From: Octopus vulgaris | Taxonomy: Eukaryota | Assembly (NCBI GenBank): GCA_951406725.2 | Contig: OX597820.1 | Coordinates: 82,584,001-82,648,000 of the forward strand | Reading direction: 5' to 3' | DNA length: 64,000 bases | In this document: in pieces, positions 1 through 13,150 of the stretch | Position numbering within the stretch: the first letter of the stretch is position 1 | Layout of the letters: every line of letters starts with the position of its first letter | The notes under the pieces: model-generated | Databases searched by the model: none | Told to the model about the DNA's origin: nothing | What the model saw: the letters and a program-made list of their open reading frames with translations, nothing else | Position numbers and translations under genes: made by a program

Positions 1-429
1 ATTTAACCATGTTATATCGCGGTTGTGTTATTTGTTTACTTTCCAGATTTCCAGCCAGAATGACTCTAGGTCTTCCTTTACTACCTTCATCGTATTGCTT
101 TCATACAGCGATATACGGCTTGTGGGTTAGGGGAAAACTTCTAGTTTATAGAATTCCGTTCAAGTAAGTTTTTACAATAATGAAATTTTTCACTTACCAC
201 TTGTACATCGTGTTTGAGGGTGAGAAGTTTCCCTGTGACATGCAGTCGTAGATGGTGATTCGTGACCTCATTTTTAGCCTTGCATTTGATGAGTATGTCC
301 GATTGTAATATCTTTTACCCGAATCCTTGATGTTGTTTTGGTGGGAGTAATCCTTTTTAGCTCTACATTATCTTTTGGATCCGCCTTTCTTACTCCTATC
401 TGTTACACAATTAGTGCGGTACAATATAA

Positions 430-1960
430 CAGGACATTTACAGTCCAGAAGTTGGGAGTTTTGATTTCAGCTACTTGTTGTCTTGCAGTTGCGTCGATCA
501 AGAATAACATAAGGTCTGTAATTTTTTCCCCAAACTCGTGTCAGTATAGTTCTCCCAGTAGTGAAGTTCTGCTTGAATTTCGATGCAAGCAGCGATTTTA
601 GTATTATATATTCTTCGTTTGTTTTTCTGGGATCATGAGTAGTTGCTATATGTCTGTGTAGTAGTGGCGGTTTGTTATGTATGTTAACATCTGTTGGTTA
701 GCTAATTTTCACAACTGCTCACAGTTTCTCTTCTCTATCCCAAATAATTATATCAGGCCTGTTGTACTTACATTTTATTGTGGTCTTCACTGGTACATTC
801 CACCAGTATTCCTTTTTATTATGAGTAGCTATGACTTCTACCATATTGTGGCTTGTTATTTCTTTATCCCCGGTATTATCCTTCCGACGGATTTCATTAT
901 AGAGTGTCCTAGTTACAACATCATGTCACATCGGTAGTTGATACCGTGATGACATTTTTAGACAACTGCTTATGATGTGGGTGATATATTCAGTGTGAAA
1001 TCCACAAAGTCTGCGTCGGTTGTCACATTTTACGGCTTTTCCTGCATCTTTATCACTTTTGTGCATCAGGTACTTGGTTGATATTTCTTGTTCAAGGTTT
1101 GCAAACGCATACCCTTCAAAACTTTGATGATCGATGTTACAGTCATTACGGAGCTTTCTACTAACATATCCATGCATAGTCTTCTGCTTATATATGTTCA
1201 TCCTTTCATCTGATGATACGTTGCGATAGAGTCGTGCGACTTCTTTGGGCATGTATTCTAGGTTATCAGACAGAGTGTTACTCAAAGAGCTGCTTTCAAG
1301 TCTTATAATGTTATTAGCCTCATGCATGCAAACTTCGCCAAGGGACACACTTCGACTCTTGGTTGTTAAAAGATGTTGCCGAAGAGATATGATGCGACAT
1401 TCAAAGACATTTTGGATTCATGTTAATCCTCTTCCACCTTGTTTTCGTTTTAGGTAGAGTCGGTCTACGTCACTGTTTATGTGGAAATTATGTGTGCTTG
1501 TTAGCATTTTTCGGGTTATCACATCAATGGCTCGGATCTCATCAAGCGTCCAATCAAGCAGCCCAAATGTTGGTATGAATACTGGCACTGCAAAAGAATT
1601 GTGGGCTATTATTTCTGAGGTCCAAATTTTCTCTATTCGGTTATAACATTCTTTAGTGGCACGTATACTGTTACAGGTGCCATTGTAAGATATATTTTCA
1701 TTCCCCTCTAGAGAGCTGTAATATTCCTCGTCAGATATAGGGGAAATAGTCAAATCATTGATTGAGATGTTACTAGTCTGGTTTACAGTGTTCCTCCTTT
1801 ACACACACACTTTTACTCTTTTACTTGTTTCAATACCTGAGACTCAACAGTTACAACTGGGAGTGGGCTCTTGCTATTGTTCTCGTTTAATGATGCTCTT
1901 CATATCAGGGCAGCAGCTATATGATAATTTCTCTGAGTGACTGTTAAATATTTTCCCTGT
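430..1960 (-). mobile_element. Decayed R4/Dong-clade non-LTR retrotransposon, 3' half
   Basis: ORF pieces TRKMLTSTHNFHINSDVDRLYLKRKQGGRGL, CCHC-like RRLCGFHTEYITHIISSC, and RLE-like NRPDIIIWD. Many frameshifts; left boundary approximate. Confidence 0.85.
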
Positions 1961-2634
1961 GGCTGTGTTTTTCTGGAAAATGTTTGTCTAGGATAAACAG
2001 GAATACTTTACCTATGTTAGTTTTATATTAAGCGAAAAGGGAGCAGGGCACAAACCAAATTACTTTCCTAGGTTTATTTTTAGGACCATTATTGTTATAT
2101 GCCTATTAGTATTAGAGGGGTTATATAACAATTAATCCTTTAAGCCTCTATTGGTTAGGACATTCATGTAGTAGGCGACTGCCTTCTCGGAAATTTCTTT
2201 AGAAGAAAAGAAGTTAGATACTCTGTTACTAATGTTAGCTATGAAGTTCAGGGAAATAACTCTAATTTCATACTACCTTTTGCTTCTTTCTTTCTGCTTT
2301 CTTTTCCGTTTTCTGTTTTTTCAACTATCCACCTTTATATCTACTTATTTCTCACTTTATCTCGCTTTTTCTCTCATCCTATCGTCTTATTTTAGCATGT
2401 TATGCCATGTGGGGAGTGCCTGAATATTGCGCTGACACATGATAAAAATACTGTTTGGCATGCTTTCATCGCATGAAACTCATAATAGCACTTAAAACAT
2501 ATATTTTGCTTATTAAACAATATTTAACTCTCACCAGATGGAGTACTATTTTTGTTGATCTTACTATCACGGAACAGTACACTATGTGTGTGTGTGTGTT
2601 GCGTGTGTGTGTGTGTGTTGCGTGTGTGCGTGTT

Positions 2635-2674
<40 letters not shown>

Positions 2675-3112
2675 AAAGTGTATGTGCGTCTGTTTCTAGG
2701 AACCCCAACTATAAATGTAATATGCATTGATGCATACACTTACTTGCGTATTTGGTGTTTATTGGTGTGTGCTTGTACGTGGGAGTTATTTGTGTGGGTC
2801 ATCGACGAAGAACTGTCCTCTGAATCTTCATATTTCAAGAACATATACTTGCTTCGCTTGGAATTGTGTTTACGAGAATTTAATTGATGTGGGAGATGCA
2901 CTATTCGTAGAAACATAGAAAGAAAAGAGAATGTGAAAAAGAGAGTAAGCGAAAGAGAAAGATATTGTTGTAATTAAGTCAGTGTTGCACACGTTATTTG
3001 TTGTCGTTGATTCTGTTCTTTGAGTTGGTGATGTTGTTGTAGTTGTATTTTCTTTCGTTGTACATTGTTATAATACCGTGGTCGTTAATTACACCATTCG
3101 TTTATTCAACAG

Positions 3113-3317
3113 TTAACTTTGATCAGTGACCACCCGCTGGTGCGTTACGAAGGAGCCAAATTTAAGGAAGAACGTTACATTCCGATCACAGTACCATCAC
3201 CGGATACAATCAGTACTAAGCGCACGTATTCACCTTGCTTGCTGGGTATGATAATTGCATTTGTTGCAGTTGTCACGGTAACGGCGATTACTCTAAGTGT
3301 CTTTTTAACTATTTCAA
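3113..3317 (+). CDS. Exon A of type II membrane SEA/mucin protein (cytoplasmic tail + TM helix)
   Basis: Acceptor tttattcaacAG at 3111-3112; donor GTAAGT at 3318. Reads LTLISDHPLVRYEGAKFKEERYIPITVPSPDTISTKRTYSPCLLGMIIAFVAVVTVTAITLSVFLTIS, a ~25 aa hydrophobic helix preceded by KR. Phase 0 to 1. Confidence 0.85.
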
Positions 3318-3584
3318 GTAAGTCGCTATCAATACATCTTTCTTTTATCTATTACATTTCGCATGATGTTTATTTAATATAAGTGTCATTTTCCTTTTGC
3401 TCCTTTATTTCTTTGATATACTCATATGTGTACATATGCATGTAAGTACATATATATTTGTGTATATGTGTGCACAGACTGTAGGTATATGTACATGTAT
3501 GTATATGTGAGAGTATATATACATATGTATATGTATATATATATATATATATATATACATTCATACTTACATGCATACACACAC

Positions 3585-4115
3585 AGATTGTGACTGAAGG
3601 TGACGAAGCATCTATATTGCAAGAAATGAATTAAGATCTCTTAATGCTGTAAGAAGTGTGCAATATATATATATATATCCACCGAGAGGGGAGATAACCG
3701 CCCCATGTGCCTCTTTAAGATGACTAGATTTGACTAGTTACACCTATCAGTCGTTGGCTCGTCAGTAGGGACTATTCAAACGCTCGATAGTTTTGCTAAA
3801 TCCGGATATCAGTATATATATTTTTACCATAAAAATTCATGGCTGATTTAGCAAAATGTCAATGTATATATTTAAAATTAATATAAACAGCTGGGCACAA
3901 TATAATACAATAGAGGAAAAATTCTATCGTCATTACTTGTCACTGAGGGTGGCGGAGCACCTATATTACAAGAAATAAGTGTTAAAAACTAATTTATTGT
4001 ACGCTTCTTACAGAGTTAAGGGATTTCTGGTAATATAGGTATGCTTCAGCACCCTCAGTCACAATTAGCGAAGAAAAACATTTTCCTTTTTGGTATTATA
4101 TTGCGCCTAGCTGCT
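3585..4115. mobile_element. Non-autonomous repeat with direct and inverted terminal segments (Penelope pLTR-like)
   Basis: gtgactgaaggtgacgaagcatctatattgcaagaa (~3590) repeats directly at ~3940 and inverted at ~3995-4066. Related copies at 16160-16590. Confidence 0.5.
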
Positions 4116-4329
4116 TATATTAATTTATATATAGGCACGGGAAGAAACTTGCACCCCAATGTGTGGTAAGAAACTTGCACCCCAACAATATAGTTCCGGG
4201 TTCATTCCTACTGTGTGGCATCTTGGGCAAGTAATTTCTGGTATAGCCTCGGGCAGACCAAAGACTTGTGAGTGGATTTCATGCACTAATTTTAATTCTT
4301 CTGCATCCCCCCCCCAGTAAACTAACATT

Positions 4330-5644
4330 TGACGTTTCGAAGAAAATTTCGAAAGTAAGTAGTAGTGACTTCTCTTGAAAATCTATAAAATTTGGCATCA
4401 TGGTGTAATCTAAAAGTATTCAGCCTCCAAGAACATTCGTGCTGACATGGTTGCTACATTAAGGAATGACACTCCAGCATTATTAACAGTGCTAAAGTGG
4501 GTGGCTGAATTTAGGAGGGGAAGAGGGAGTCTTGAAGATGACCTAAAACTGTCACTACCGAGGAAAACATTGATCGTGTTCACCACATGGTGATGGATGA
4601 CAGTGATGGACTAGCCAATACTATAAATGAATTAGCCAATGCTATTAGCGTATCCTGTGAGAGAGTTTGAGAATATTCCACACAATGAACTTGGCATGAC
4701 GAAGTCGGGTACCACGTCTTCTGATGCCTGGTCAAAAGCGTACCTGTCTGATCACATCGCAGGGAAATCTGAAAATATTTGAGGCAGATCCAGCATGGCC
4801 GAGTGGTTAGAGCAGCGGACTTGCGGTCGAGGGATCGCAGGTTCGAACCTCAGACCGGGCGATGTGTGTGTTTATGAGCAAGACACCTCAGCTCCACGCG
4901 GCTCCGGCAGAAGGTAATGGGGAAATTCTGCTGACTCTTTCGCCACAACTTTCTCTCACTGTTTCCTCATGCATCTTGCAGCTCACCTGCGACGGACCGG
5001 TGTCTCGTCCTGTTGGGGAACCTAAACGCCAAGGAAACTGGGAAACCAGCCCTTATGAGTCAGGCATGGCTCGAGAAGGAACAAACAAACAAAAAAAAAA
5101 ACAGCTGGTTTATTTAACGTTTCCTAAGCCAGAATGAGCCAGAAAAAGAGAGATAATCCATGCAATGGTAACAAACTTCCTCACGGGCTCCAAAGAAAGC
5201 CAACGTAGTTTCATCTGTAGGGAAATTGATGGCCTTAGTTTTGGGGAATGCAAAAGGTATTCTGTTTATTGACAACATTCAAAAGGGCCACACAATCAAT
5301 GCCAACTTGTTGAGGTTGTCATGAATGGCGATCAAGACCAAACTACCTGGAAAACTGGACAATGCTCTATGACCAAGTCCTTGGTTTCAATGGATGCTGT
5401 GCGTGACTGTAGCTTTGACCTGGTTGATTAGTTTCCTTATTTTCCTGATTTGGCTCCATCTAACTATCATCTGTTCCCCAACAAGAAAAACACTTATCTG
5501 GGAAACAGTATCGCAGTAATGATAACGTATCTGCGGTTAAAAAATGTTTTTGACGAACCGGATGAAAGGTTGAAAAATAAACTTCATTTGGTCACGTTCC
5601 ATGAGAGCACCTTGGTTAGCGTATGAAAGTTACCGCTGACCCAC

Positions 5645-5646
<2 letters not shown>
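4330..5646 (+). mobile_element. Decayed mariner transposon interrupted by a SINE
   Basis: Remnants of (W)VPRLL and PYFPDLAPSNYHLFPN (WVPHEL/YSPDL equivalents). Ends ...gacccacgTA next to (TA)n. Confidence 0.8.
4795..5101 (+). mobile_element. tRNA-derived SINE inserted in the mariner
   Basis: A box TGGCCGAGTGG, B box GGTTCGAACC, (CAAA)n/poly-A tail, possible CAGC duplication at the ends. Confidence 0.8.
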
Positions 5647-5700
<54 letters not shown>

Positions 5701-5978
5701 CACACACACACACACACACACACAACACACACACACATATATATACATAGCGAGAAATTGAGGTTGTAAGAAGTAATGGTGTCGTTGAGACCCAAAGGTG
5801 TCAAGTAATGCTGAATAAATGCTGAATAGACAGACCATAGTTAAGTTCCAGTTTAAGTGATTTTGCGAATAAGGAGTTCAACGTTTGTCATATATCATCG
5901 TGTGTATATAAGAATTTTTTGCGTATTGAGATAAAAAACACTAAGGCTGTGTAGATATTAGAACATTTATAGATAGAA

Positions 5979-6015
5979 GGTCTTACAGCTGTTTCCAGGA
6001 TATTCATCGGAGACA
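5979..6015 (-). ncRNA. Degenerate minimal hammerhead ribozyme
   Basis: Minus strand GTCT-CCGATGA-atatcctg-GAAACAGCTGTA-AGAC. Stem I GTCT/AGAC and palindromic stem III are present, but U4 is C and stem II is largely deleted. Confidence 0.55.
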
Positions 6016-6017
6016 GT

Positions 6018-6178
6018 GTGAGAGGATGGTTAAGTCATAGTTAGTTTAGATGTGATACAAAATAGAGAGTGAGGTGGAGGAAAGAAAATAGATGTGAAAT
6101 ATTTTCTATTTTCTTTCCTCCACCTCACTCTTTATTTTGTATTCTATCTGAATTTAATATTACTTAACCATCCTCTCA
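6018..6178. repeat. Fold-back inverted repeat, ~75 bp arms
   Basis: gagagtgaggtggaggaaagaaaataga versus tctattttctttcctccacctcactct, with flanking gaggatggttaagt / acttaaccatcctctc. Confidence 0.8.
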
Positions 6179-6409
6179 TATATAAATATTACATATGTCC
6201 CAGATGAACCAACTTCACGGCAGGAGGGGCAGATGAGGGCAGCTGCATCGAACTCTCTCATGCACCAAATGGCAGTTGCTAGAAAGCTTTCGTGAAGTGA
6301 AACCAAGTAGCAACACCAAATGGCGATGCCCCAGCATGGACACAGCTCATAAGCTGAAACTAGAATCAATCAATCAATCAAATATATATAGATATGTGTG
6401 TGTGTACAT

Positions 6410-6488
<79 letters not shown>

Positions 6489-6779
6489 CACACACACATA
6501 CAAACGTATATATGTATATATGTGTATATGTTTATAAGTATATCTATCTCTCAGTTTGTCAATCTATCTACCTATCTCTCTATATCGATGGTACGTAATA
6601 TGAAACTTCCAAGTTACCTTAGACATTTCCATACACACACACACGCGTGCGCGCACGCGCACACATGTGTATGTGTGTGCATGTGTGTATGCATGTGCGT
6701 ATTTAAGCATGAATATAGGCGTGTATATATACAAACATATGCTTAGATACACAAACAAAGAGAAAATACTCCATAAGTT

Positions 6780-7330
6780 TAGCAGGAGATTTCTTTATTT
6801 TAAGCTGATGATTCAATTTATTGGAATCAGAATGACTGGCTTTCAGACGATAACATACGAATGGAAGGACCTAGGCAACTCTACTGAGTTAAATTACGAG
6901 GAAAGTTAAATTAGTTGAAATTATTCAACTCCGTTGATTAGCGTTAGGTAGGTTACAAAAGTATGTGGTAACATAGGGCTGATGGCCTGTTGATCATTGG
7001 AGGATAAACGTAAAAATAGTTTATTTGATACTTATGATTGTTGGGAAGGACAGCGGCGCTTTACTTATATGGTGAAAAATATATTCTAATGGGTGTTGCT
7101 GGGTGTTTATGGCAATAATATGAGTCGCTGTATGGCTGTGTAGCCTAGAGTGAACTTTTTTCTGCTAGAATTTCTGAAAAGTTTAGCTTTCTTTTTACAT
7201 ATGAAAATGTTTTGCTTCTCAGCTATCATAAATTGCATCTCTTTGATCCTTTGCGTTTTTTTCGACAATGTTTCAACTTATAAAGGACGCTGTTAATTTC
7301 GCTATCTTTCAAGGATAACTCCACCTCCTT
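6780..7330 (-). mobile_element. Penelope-like (Naiad-type) element, C-terminal remnant and 3' region
   Basis: Minus strand GSKRCNL.(I)AEK resembles the C-terminal CxxC...EK motif also seen at 62.9 kb; heavily decayed. Confidence 0.45.
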
Positions 7331-7899
7331 AAAAAAAGGTTCAGTTAATGTATCTGATGATCTAAGTCAATTAATCAATCAGACAGTCATTCGATCAATC
7401 TATCAATATCATTCAGTCAATCCATCATTGAATATATCAGTCAATAAGCGAATCAATCAAGGAACCAATCTGTCAACAGAGAAATCACTCAAGGTGTTGA
7501 TCAATAAATTGATTATTGTGTTAATCAATAAATTAATAAATGAACCTCTGATATATTTAAAGGATGTATAATAATTATGTCAATTCTTTGATTTTCCATT
7601 TTCCTAATCAGGTGTATTTATTAAATAGTGATTAACCCAGCTATCACTAATGAACTACACCTTTCAAAACTATACATTGAGGATTTTAAATTAATGAAGA
7701 CACATACACTGGCTTTGCTAATTACTGTCAAATACTCGCATGGTACCTCTTTAGACCACGACAGATTAGACCAATGAGATTTTAATTTCATCCTATATGT
7801 TAATGCGTTAAATAATAATCTTCCTCTCGTAGAATGTTGAACAATTATATGTAAATTTCATAATTACTTATATTACTCATTTCTTCTATATTTTCACAG

Positions 7900-7920
7900 G
7901 TCACAACATAGATGACAATG
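7900..7920 (+). CDS. Exon B, 21-nt microexon (S)HNIDDN(G)
   Basis: Strong polypyrimidine acceptor ttcttctatattttcacAG and donor GTGAGT at 7921. Phase 1-1, open frame joining exons A and C. Confidence 0.75.
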
Positions 7921-9165
7921 GTGAGTATTTTCCTTTTCCTTTAAATCCGAAACATTTTGGTCAATTTATGTTAAGGGTCATTTCGCCATTTTGTATCCCA
8001 CAGACAACATTGTCGAACGTGAATCCCAGTACTTTTCTACATGATTTGGTTATGATGTCTTTCATGTCGAATGACCGCTTAGTCTTTCCCGTTTACTGAT
8101 GTAGTGTGTTGCGTTGCTTGGTATTCTATTATGGAACAGGTTATCCAATATTCTTTAGATAATGTCTAAAAAGTTTAGGACACTAGGGATTATTTTTGGT
8201 TAGGTTAGGTAGATGAAAGGCAAATCTTTTCCTCTTTCTCACTGTCTGAATTGTAGTGTATCTGTCGGTGTAGCACTTCCCGCAGGAGAAAGTACTCAAT
8301 GCAAACCAACTAACGAGAAATTAATTGTCCCTGTTTATAGTAACGAAATACATGATCCTGTGATACTTCTTAACAGCCAAATAGACACAGTCACAACAGG
8401 TTACTTTCACAATGGGCCAAAATATAAAAGAAACACTAGTGAGGGGTAAGACCCGAACTCATGTATTGCTTATTGTAATTGGTTTCGACTAGTGAAACAT
8501 TTATCTATTCTTTGGCGTCATTACTATGTAAACGCTAATAATTCAGAATAATGATCAATGGCATTCGGACCATGGTCTTTTTTGACCCTTTTTCTGTGTT
8601 CCTACATTCAATATGTCATTTTTAAGACGGCAGGGTGTGGTTTGAGGAAGATTTAATAGTTATTCATAGGATGTAAGCTAACCGCTAGATGCTCTCTCAT
8701 TGGCGGAAATATTTGTTGCAGAGTACAATGAGTATCAGAGTCAGCAGAGCGGCAGAAAATTCACTTTGCAGCAATTAGTTAGTTGCATTTTGAGTTCCAT
8801 CAAGGTTAACTTAGTTTTCATCGCTATTGCAACGATAAAACAATTGCCTGCTTTCTGACCTTTATAAGGCAGCATTCCTCTTCATTGCGAAATCTCTATG
8901 TATTCATATTTTAATTGCAAATCTCAATTTGCGAACTCACTTTGGTTTTAAATCATATCTTGATTTAAAAATCTCTATATGTATTCACAGTTATGACTAA
9001 AAAGTTAATATACGTAAACTTAGTTCGGTTTAAAATCTATATAGAACCATAGTTTTGTTTAAAAAAAACCCAGAAAGGCAAAAACCATGAAAATTGTGTT
9101 ATTTTCAAAAGAAGATTTCTTTAAAAAAACATGACAGCTAATCCTAACATTTTTACATTTTAACA

Positions 9166-9166
<1 letters not shown>

Positions 9167-9256
<90 letters not shown>

Positions 9257-9257
9257 C

Positions 9258-9323
<66 letters not shown>

Positions 9324-10861
9324 TTATCTATCTATCTATCTCTGTCTGTCTGTCTATCTATCTGTGAAAGTGAGGTTGTGTGTATGTGTGTGTGTAAACA
9401 CACATAACATCTGATGTTCACAGCTGATTTTCTCCGGACTGGGATCATGCATTACTTATGTTCCAGAGATGGTTTTAGACTCTTAAAATTTTTCACATAA
9501 TGAGTAACGGGCCCTCTGCGATCAGAAAACACCGTTCCCTGGGGTACGTGGTGAAGGGTGGTAACTCTTTGCGAAGTAACTTTCAGAAATTGATTGTCAC
9601 CCTTACATCCATCGGTAAAAAAATTATTACAACCTCATTTGGCTGTGTAAAAGACCAATACTGTATGTCAATTGATACAATTCTCGATCCAGGAGAGGTG
9701 GTAAATTACCCAACAGAATTTCTCAATTCATTGGAGCCTTTAAGGACTACTTCCCCACTGGTTGGAACTGAAAGTGGAAACTCCAGTAATGTCATTGAGA
9801 AATTTGGATCCGTCAACACTCTGCAGTGGGACAGACATGGTGGTAAAGAAGATGATGTCACATCTTATTGAGGTCCATTTTCTCTGGATGTGGAAAAGGA
9901 GAGGATGTTTTTATAACCAGATTTCCTCTTATTCCACTGGGAGCAGAAATTCCTTTTTCATTCAGAAGAGTGCAACTTCCTATTCGTATCAGCTTCGCAA
10001 TGTCTATCAATAAATCCCAGGGTCAAACACTGTCTATGGTAGAATTTCACTTGGAAAAGTTATGCTTCTCACACGAGCAATTGAATGTTAGCTGCTCTAG
10101 AGTGGGAAGCAAAAATATCTATTTGCATTTGTTCTACAAGGGAAATCAAGGAATATTGTTTACCAAAAGATTTGTAGGAGTTACTACATCCTACGATGCG
10201 CTCCAGTATCCACTACTCTTTGTGAACGGTAAAGATGGATAGCATTTCAGCATAACACGAACAAACCCGAAGGCTGCATCAACAAAGCTGTTTCCTGCAT
10301 GGACTTCAGTATCAAAGGATATTCTCCAATTACACCAACCACGCGGTATTCATTCAAGTAATTCATTACTATATATTCTGCATAGGCTCAGTTTATGTTT
10401 CTTATTCTACAGCAACATCAGAAATGCAATGTTAACCTTTCGCCTTCTGCAACATTAAAACAGTTCACTTCCCCGTTGCCGGCCCCCATTGCAGCCCCTT
10501 ACCGAAATTAACCAATTTACGTACAATATCTCCATCACACCTACATTCATTCGACAGTCAACCATACAATGGGTCATGTTAGACGCAGCGCCGACCACCG
10601 CAAAGGAGAGTATATCCACTGACAGCTTTTCAAGGCATTTAATAATCACACACACCCCACACCCAGTTTTCCATGACCAGTTAGGGCCTAGTATCCTCCA
10701 AACGCTTAGTCGAATTAGCCCATCATTTACTCCACAAATGTTTTGTTGCCGCCAACGCTGCATTTTCCGGTATCACATGTTTCAACATAACTGTAATATA
10801 TATATATATATATACAAACTATGCTATTTTAATCCCGAGCAATGTCCGGTGTCTCTGCTAG
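9167..10861 (+). mobile_element. Non-autonomous Helitron with PIF1 helicase C-terminal fragment
   Basis: Frameshifted YPTEFLNSLEP...LKVETPVMSLRNLDP...FAMSINKSQGQTL...FSHEQLNVSCSRV. 5' A|TC start in (TATC)n; 3' degenerate hairpin cccgagcaatgtccgg followed by CTAG|T at 10858-10862. Confidence 0.85.
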
Positions 10862-11291
10862 TTAAGTATAATTGATTGAATTATTCTATTGGCTAGTAGA
10901 GAGTGATGTTTTTGGTCAAGCTTCACTTAAAATAGCAACCAAATTTTCCTTCCTAAAACCACACTCTATTTTCAGAAAGAACACATTGGGTAATGCAATC
11001 ATAGATACATCATGCCCAGGGAAAATGTAGGATAACTTAGCTGGAAAGCCTTTAACTATGGATTTCGCTAACCAGAACTCATCAGGGTTTAAATAACAAC
11101 GGCAGTAGCGGCAACAACAACAACAACAACAAACAAACAAACATCAACAACAACAACAACAACAGACGATGATGATGATAACAATTTCAACCGTAATAAT
11201 GTAGCTGAAATGTCCATGTTGTTGACGTTGTTTATGCTGTTAGAAGAATGTGTTAACTTCTGAATGAATTACTTTTCAATCTATTTTCTAG

Positions 11292-11401
11292 GAACGGCTT
11301 TCAACATGTCTTTAAGTGTGGAAAACAGGAAGTTTATACCGGAAATGACAAACATGTCATCAACTGTGTCTCAACAATTTTCTCAACAAATATGCAGATC
11401 G
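11292..11401 (+). CDS. Exon C, SEA domain N-terminal part
   Basis: Acceptor ctattttctAG, donor GTAAGT at 11402. Reads GTAFNMSLSVENRKFIPEMTNMSSTVSQQFSQQICRS, resembling the SEA F-x-l-x-i-x-n-x-x-F...n-x-sS pattern. Phase 1 to 0. Confidence 0.82.
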
Positions 11402-11529
11402 GTAAGTTCTTTTATTGTCGACATACGAATTTTAACGCACAATAAGTTAAATTACTTAAACATAAGCTTATTATACACAGCAAATAAACAAGTCTAACTC
11501 TTCTCCTCCCTATTGCTTGTATTTACAGG

Positions 11530-13150
11530 TTTCTATGTAAAGCATTTTACTTCTAGGATTCGAGTATCTGAAATATATATATGTAAACATATATCTTTTC
11601 TTTCATGCTATCTTCACATACCATATTCTCCATTCTTGACTTCTGAAATGTCTATACCACCAGGAAACAGGTTAAGAATTCAAGGGCATTTTCCCAGAAA
11701 TATAAAGAATACTACATACAAAGTATATATTTGATGGTGCAAGCTGAAATTTTACAAAATATATTTAATGGACAAGAGGTTGATCGGCGACGAAATCACA
11801 AATGCAACATATACGGAAGTTGTCACCGTACTACAAACCTCTAGACTGAGTCCTTCTACATAATGTTTAATTAAATTTAGTGAATGTAAATTTCGGTGAT
11901 TGTCTCTCCCACCTTCTTAACAATGACTGGATCTTCACATTATGGATATAAATTCAATTATTAGATCTCTGTATTAAATATGTTGGTGCTCACTTTATGA
12001 GCGACCATTGTAGACTCAACGTAAACAGCTACAAACATAGATTGACGTTACACGTTAAAACGGATATTTTTGCAAAAATAATCATATAGCAAAATACAAA
12101 CCCAAGTAAACATGTTAAACAAACATTCAGAGGCAGGCAGAAAATTTACATCCCAATGTGTAGTAAAATCAGTAACGAGAAGAAATAAATATAACACGAA
12201 GAGACAGATACTACAGAAATGCATTACATGAAGTACCTGAACTGAAAGAATACTTCCCGAAACAACAAATCGCAAAAATCCCTCCGCCATCGTGATGAAT
12301 AGCAACAACTATATTTTGAAGAAAACAGTTTGATATCAAACCCAAACATTTTTTTACGAACAACTGCATAGAAATATAGAGATCAATACAGCGCCAACAG
12401 CAAGACAAGTAGAATAATTTAGGAGTGCAGGATAGAGAGTGAAGGAATTGTCATACACACTACTACTGAAAACAAAATGTGCAGCGAAAATAATATAAGA
12501 TGTTGTTTAGTTATCACAGAACAGGTACAACTGGTAGGCACCTAGAAATGAGATTTATCTTGATTAACATGTTTCATTGTTTAACACAATATTCTTCCAA
12601 AATTATTCAATGATCTACTGAAATGGCTCTGGAAAACCAATAACCAGCCTGCCTACAGTATACAAAGCCTAAACAGCAATAATATTGCAAAAATTATATC
12701 TTTTAAACGTAACTCGCTTCGAGAACTGACAGGATACCGAAATGCATCATTTACTTGTAAATATCAATTATTGATCAGACAAAGCCATTACTGAGAATTA
12801 CAGTAAGAAAGAAAATGGTTTTGAGACTGGTGAAGTCGATTGATGGAAAGCCTTTAACAGTGTTACAAATGCATCAATTCTGGAAAAATCAGCCATTACC
12901 GAGAGAGCACCAATAGTAAGCAGGTACATCAAAAGATCTTGAGTAAATGGTATATAATTCTACAGATACAAACAAAAAGATTAGTAGTGGAATATTCGAA
13001 ATTTTCATATTTCCTTCCTGTCAGATGATAGGAGAATATTTAAATATATTTTGCCTCGATTATAAAAAAAAGCATACGAGCTAACAAGCGAAGGTTTACT
13101 TCGGGTAAAGTTGTATTTAAGTTTAAAATGAGAAGGTTTTTATGTTCGTA
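11530..13150 (+). mobile_element. Very decayed Penelope-like RT/GIY-YIG fossil (tentative)
   Basis: Coding-like A-rich sequence with only faint motif remnants and no long ORF. Confidence 0.3.

Noticed and set aside
4795-4860. Possible tRNA gene
   Set aside because: Continues into a SINE body and A-rich tail inside a mariner fossil.
7225-7236. TGA at the second Cys of CNL(C) in a Naiad-like remnant, suggesting selenocysteine
   Set aside because: It coincides with a 1-nt frameshift in a heavily decayed copy, so loss of the third base of TGY explains it equally well; no SECIS seen.
9500-10242. Host PIF1 helicase gene
   Set aside because: Frameshifted partial fragment enclosed by Helitron termini.
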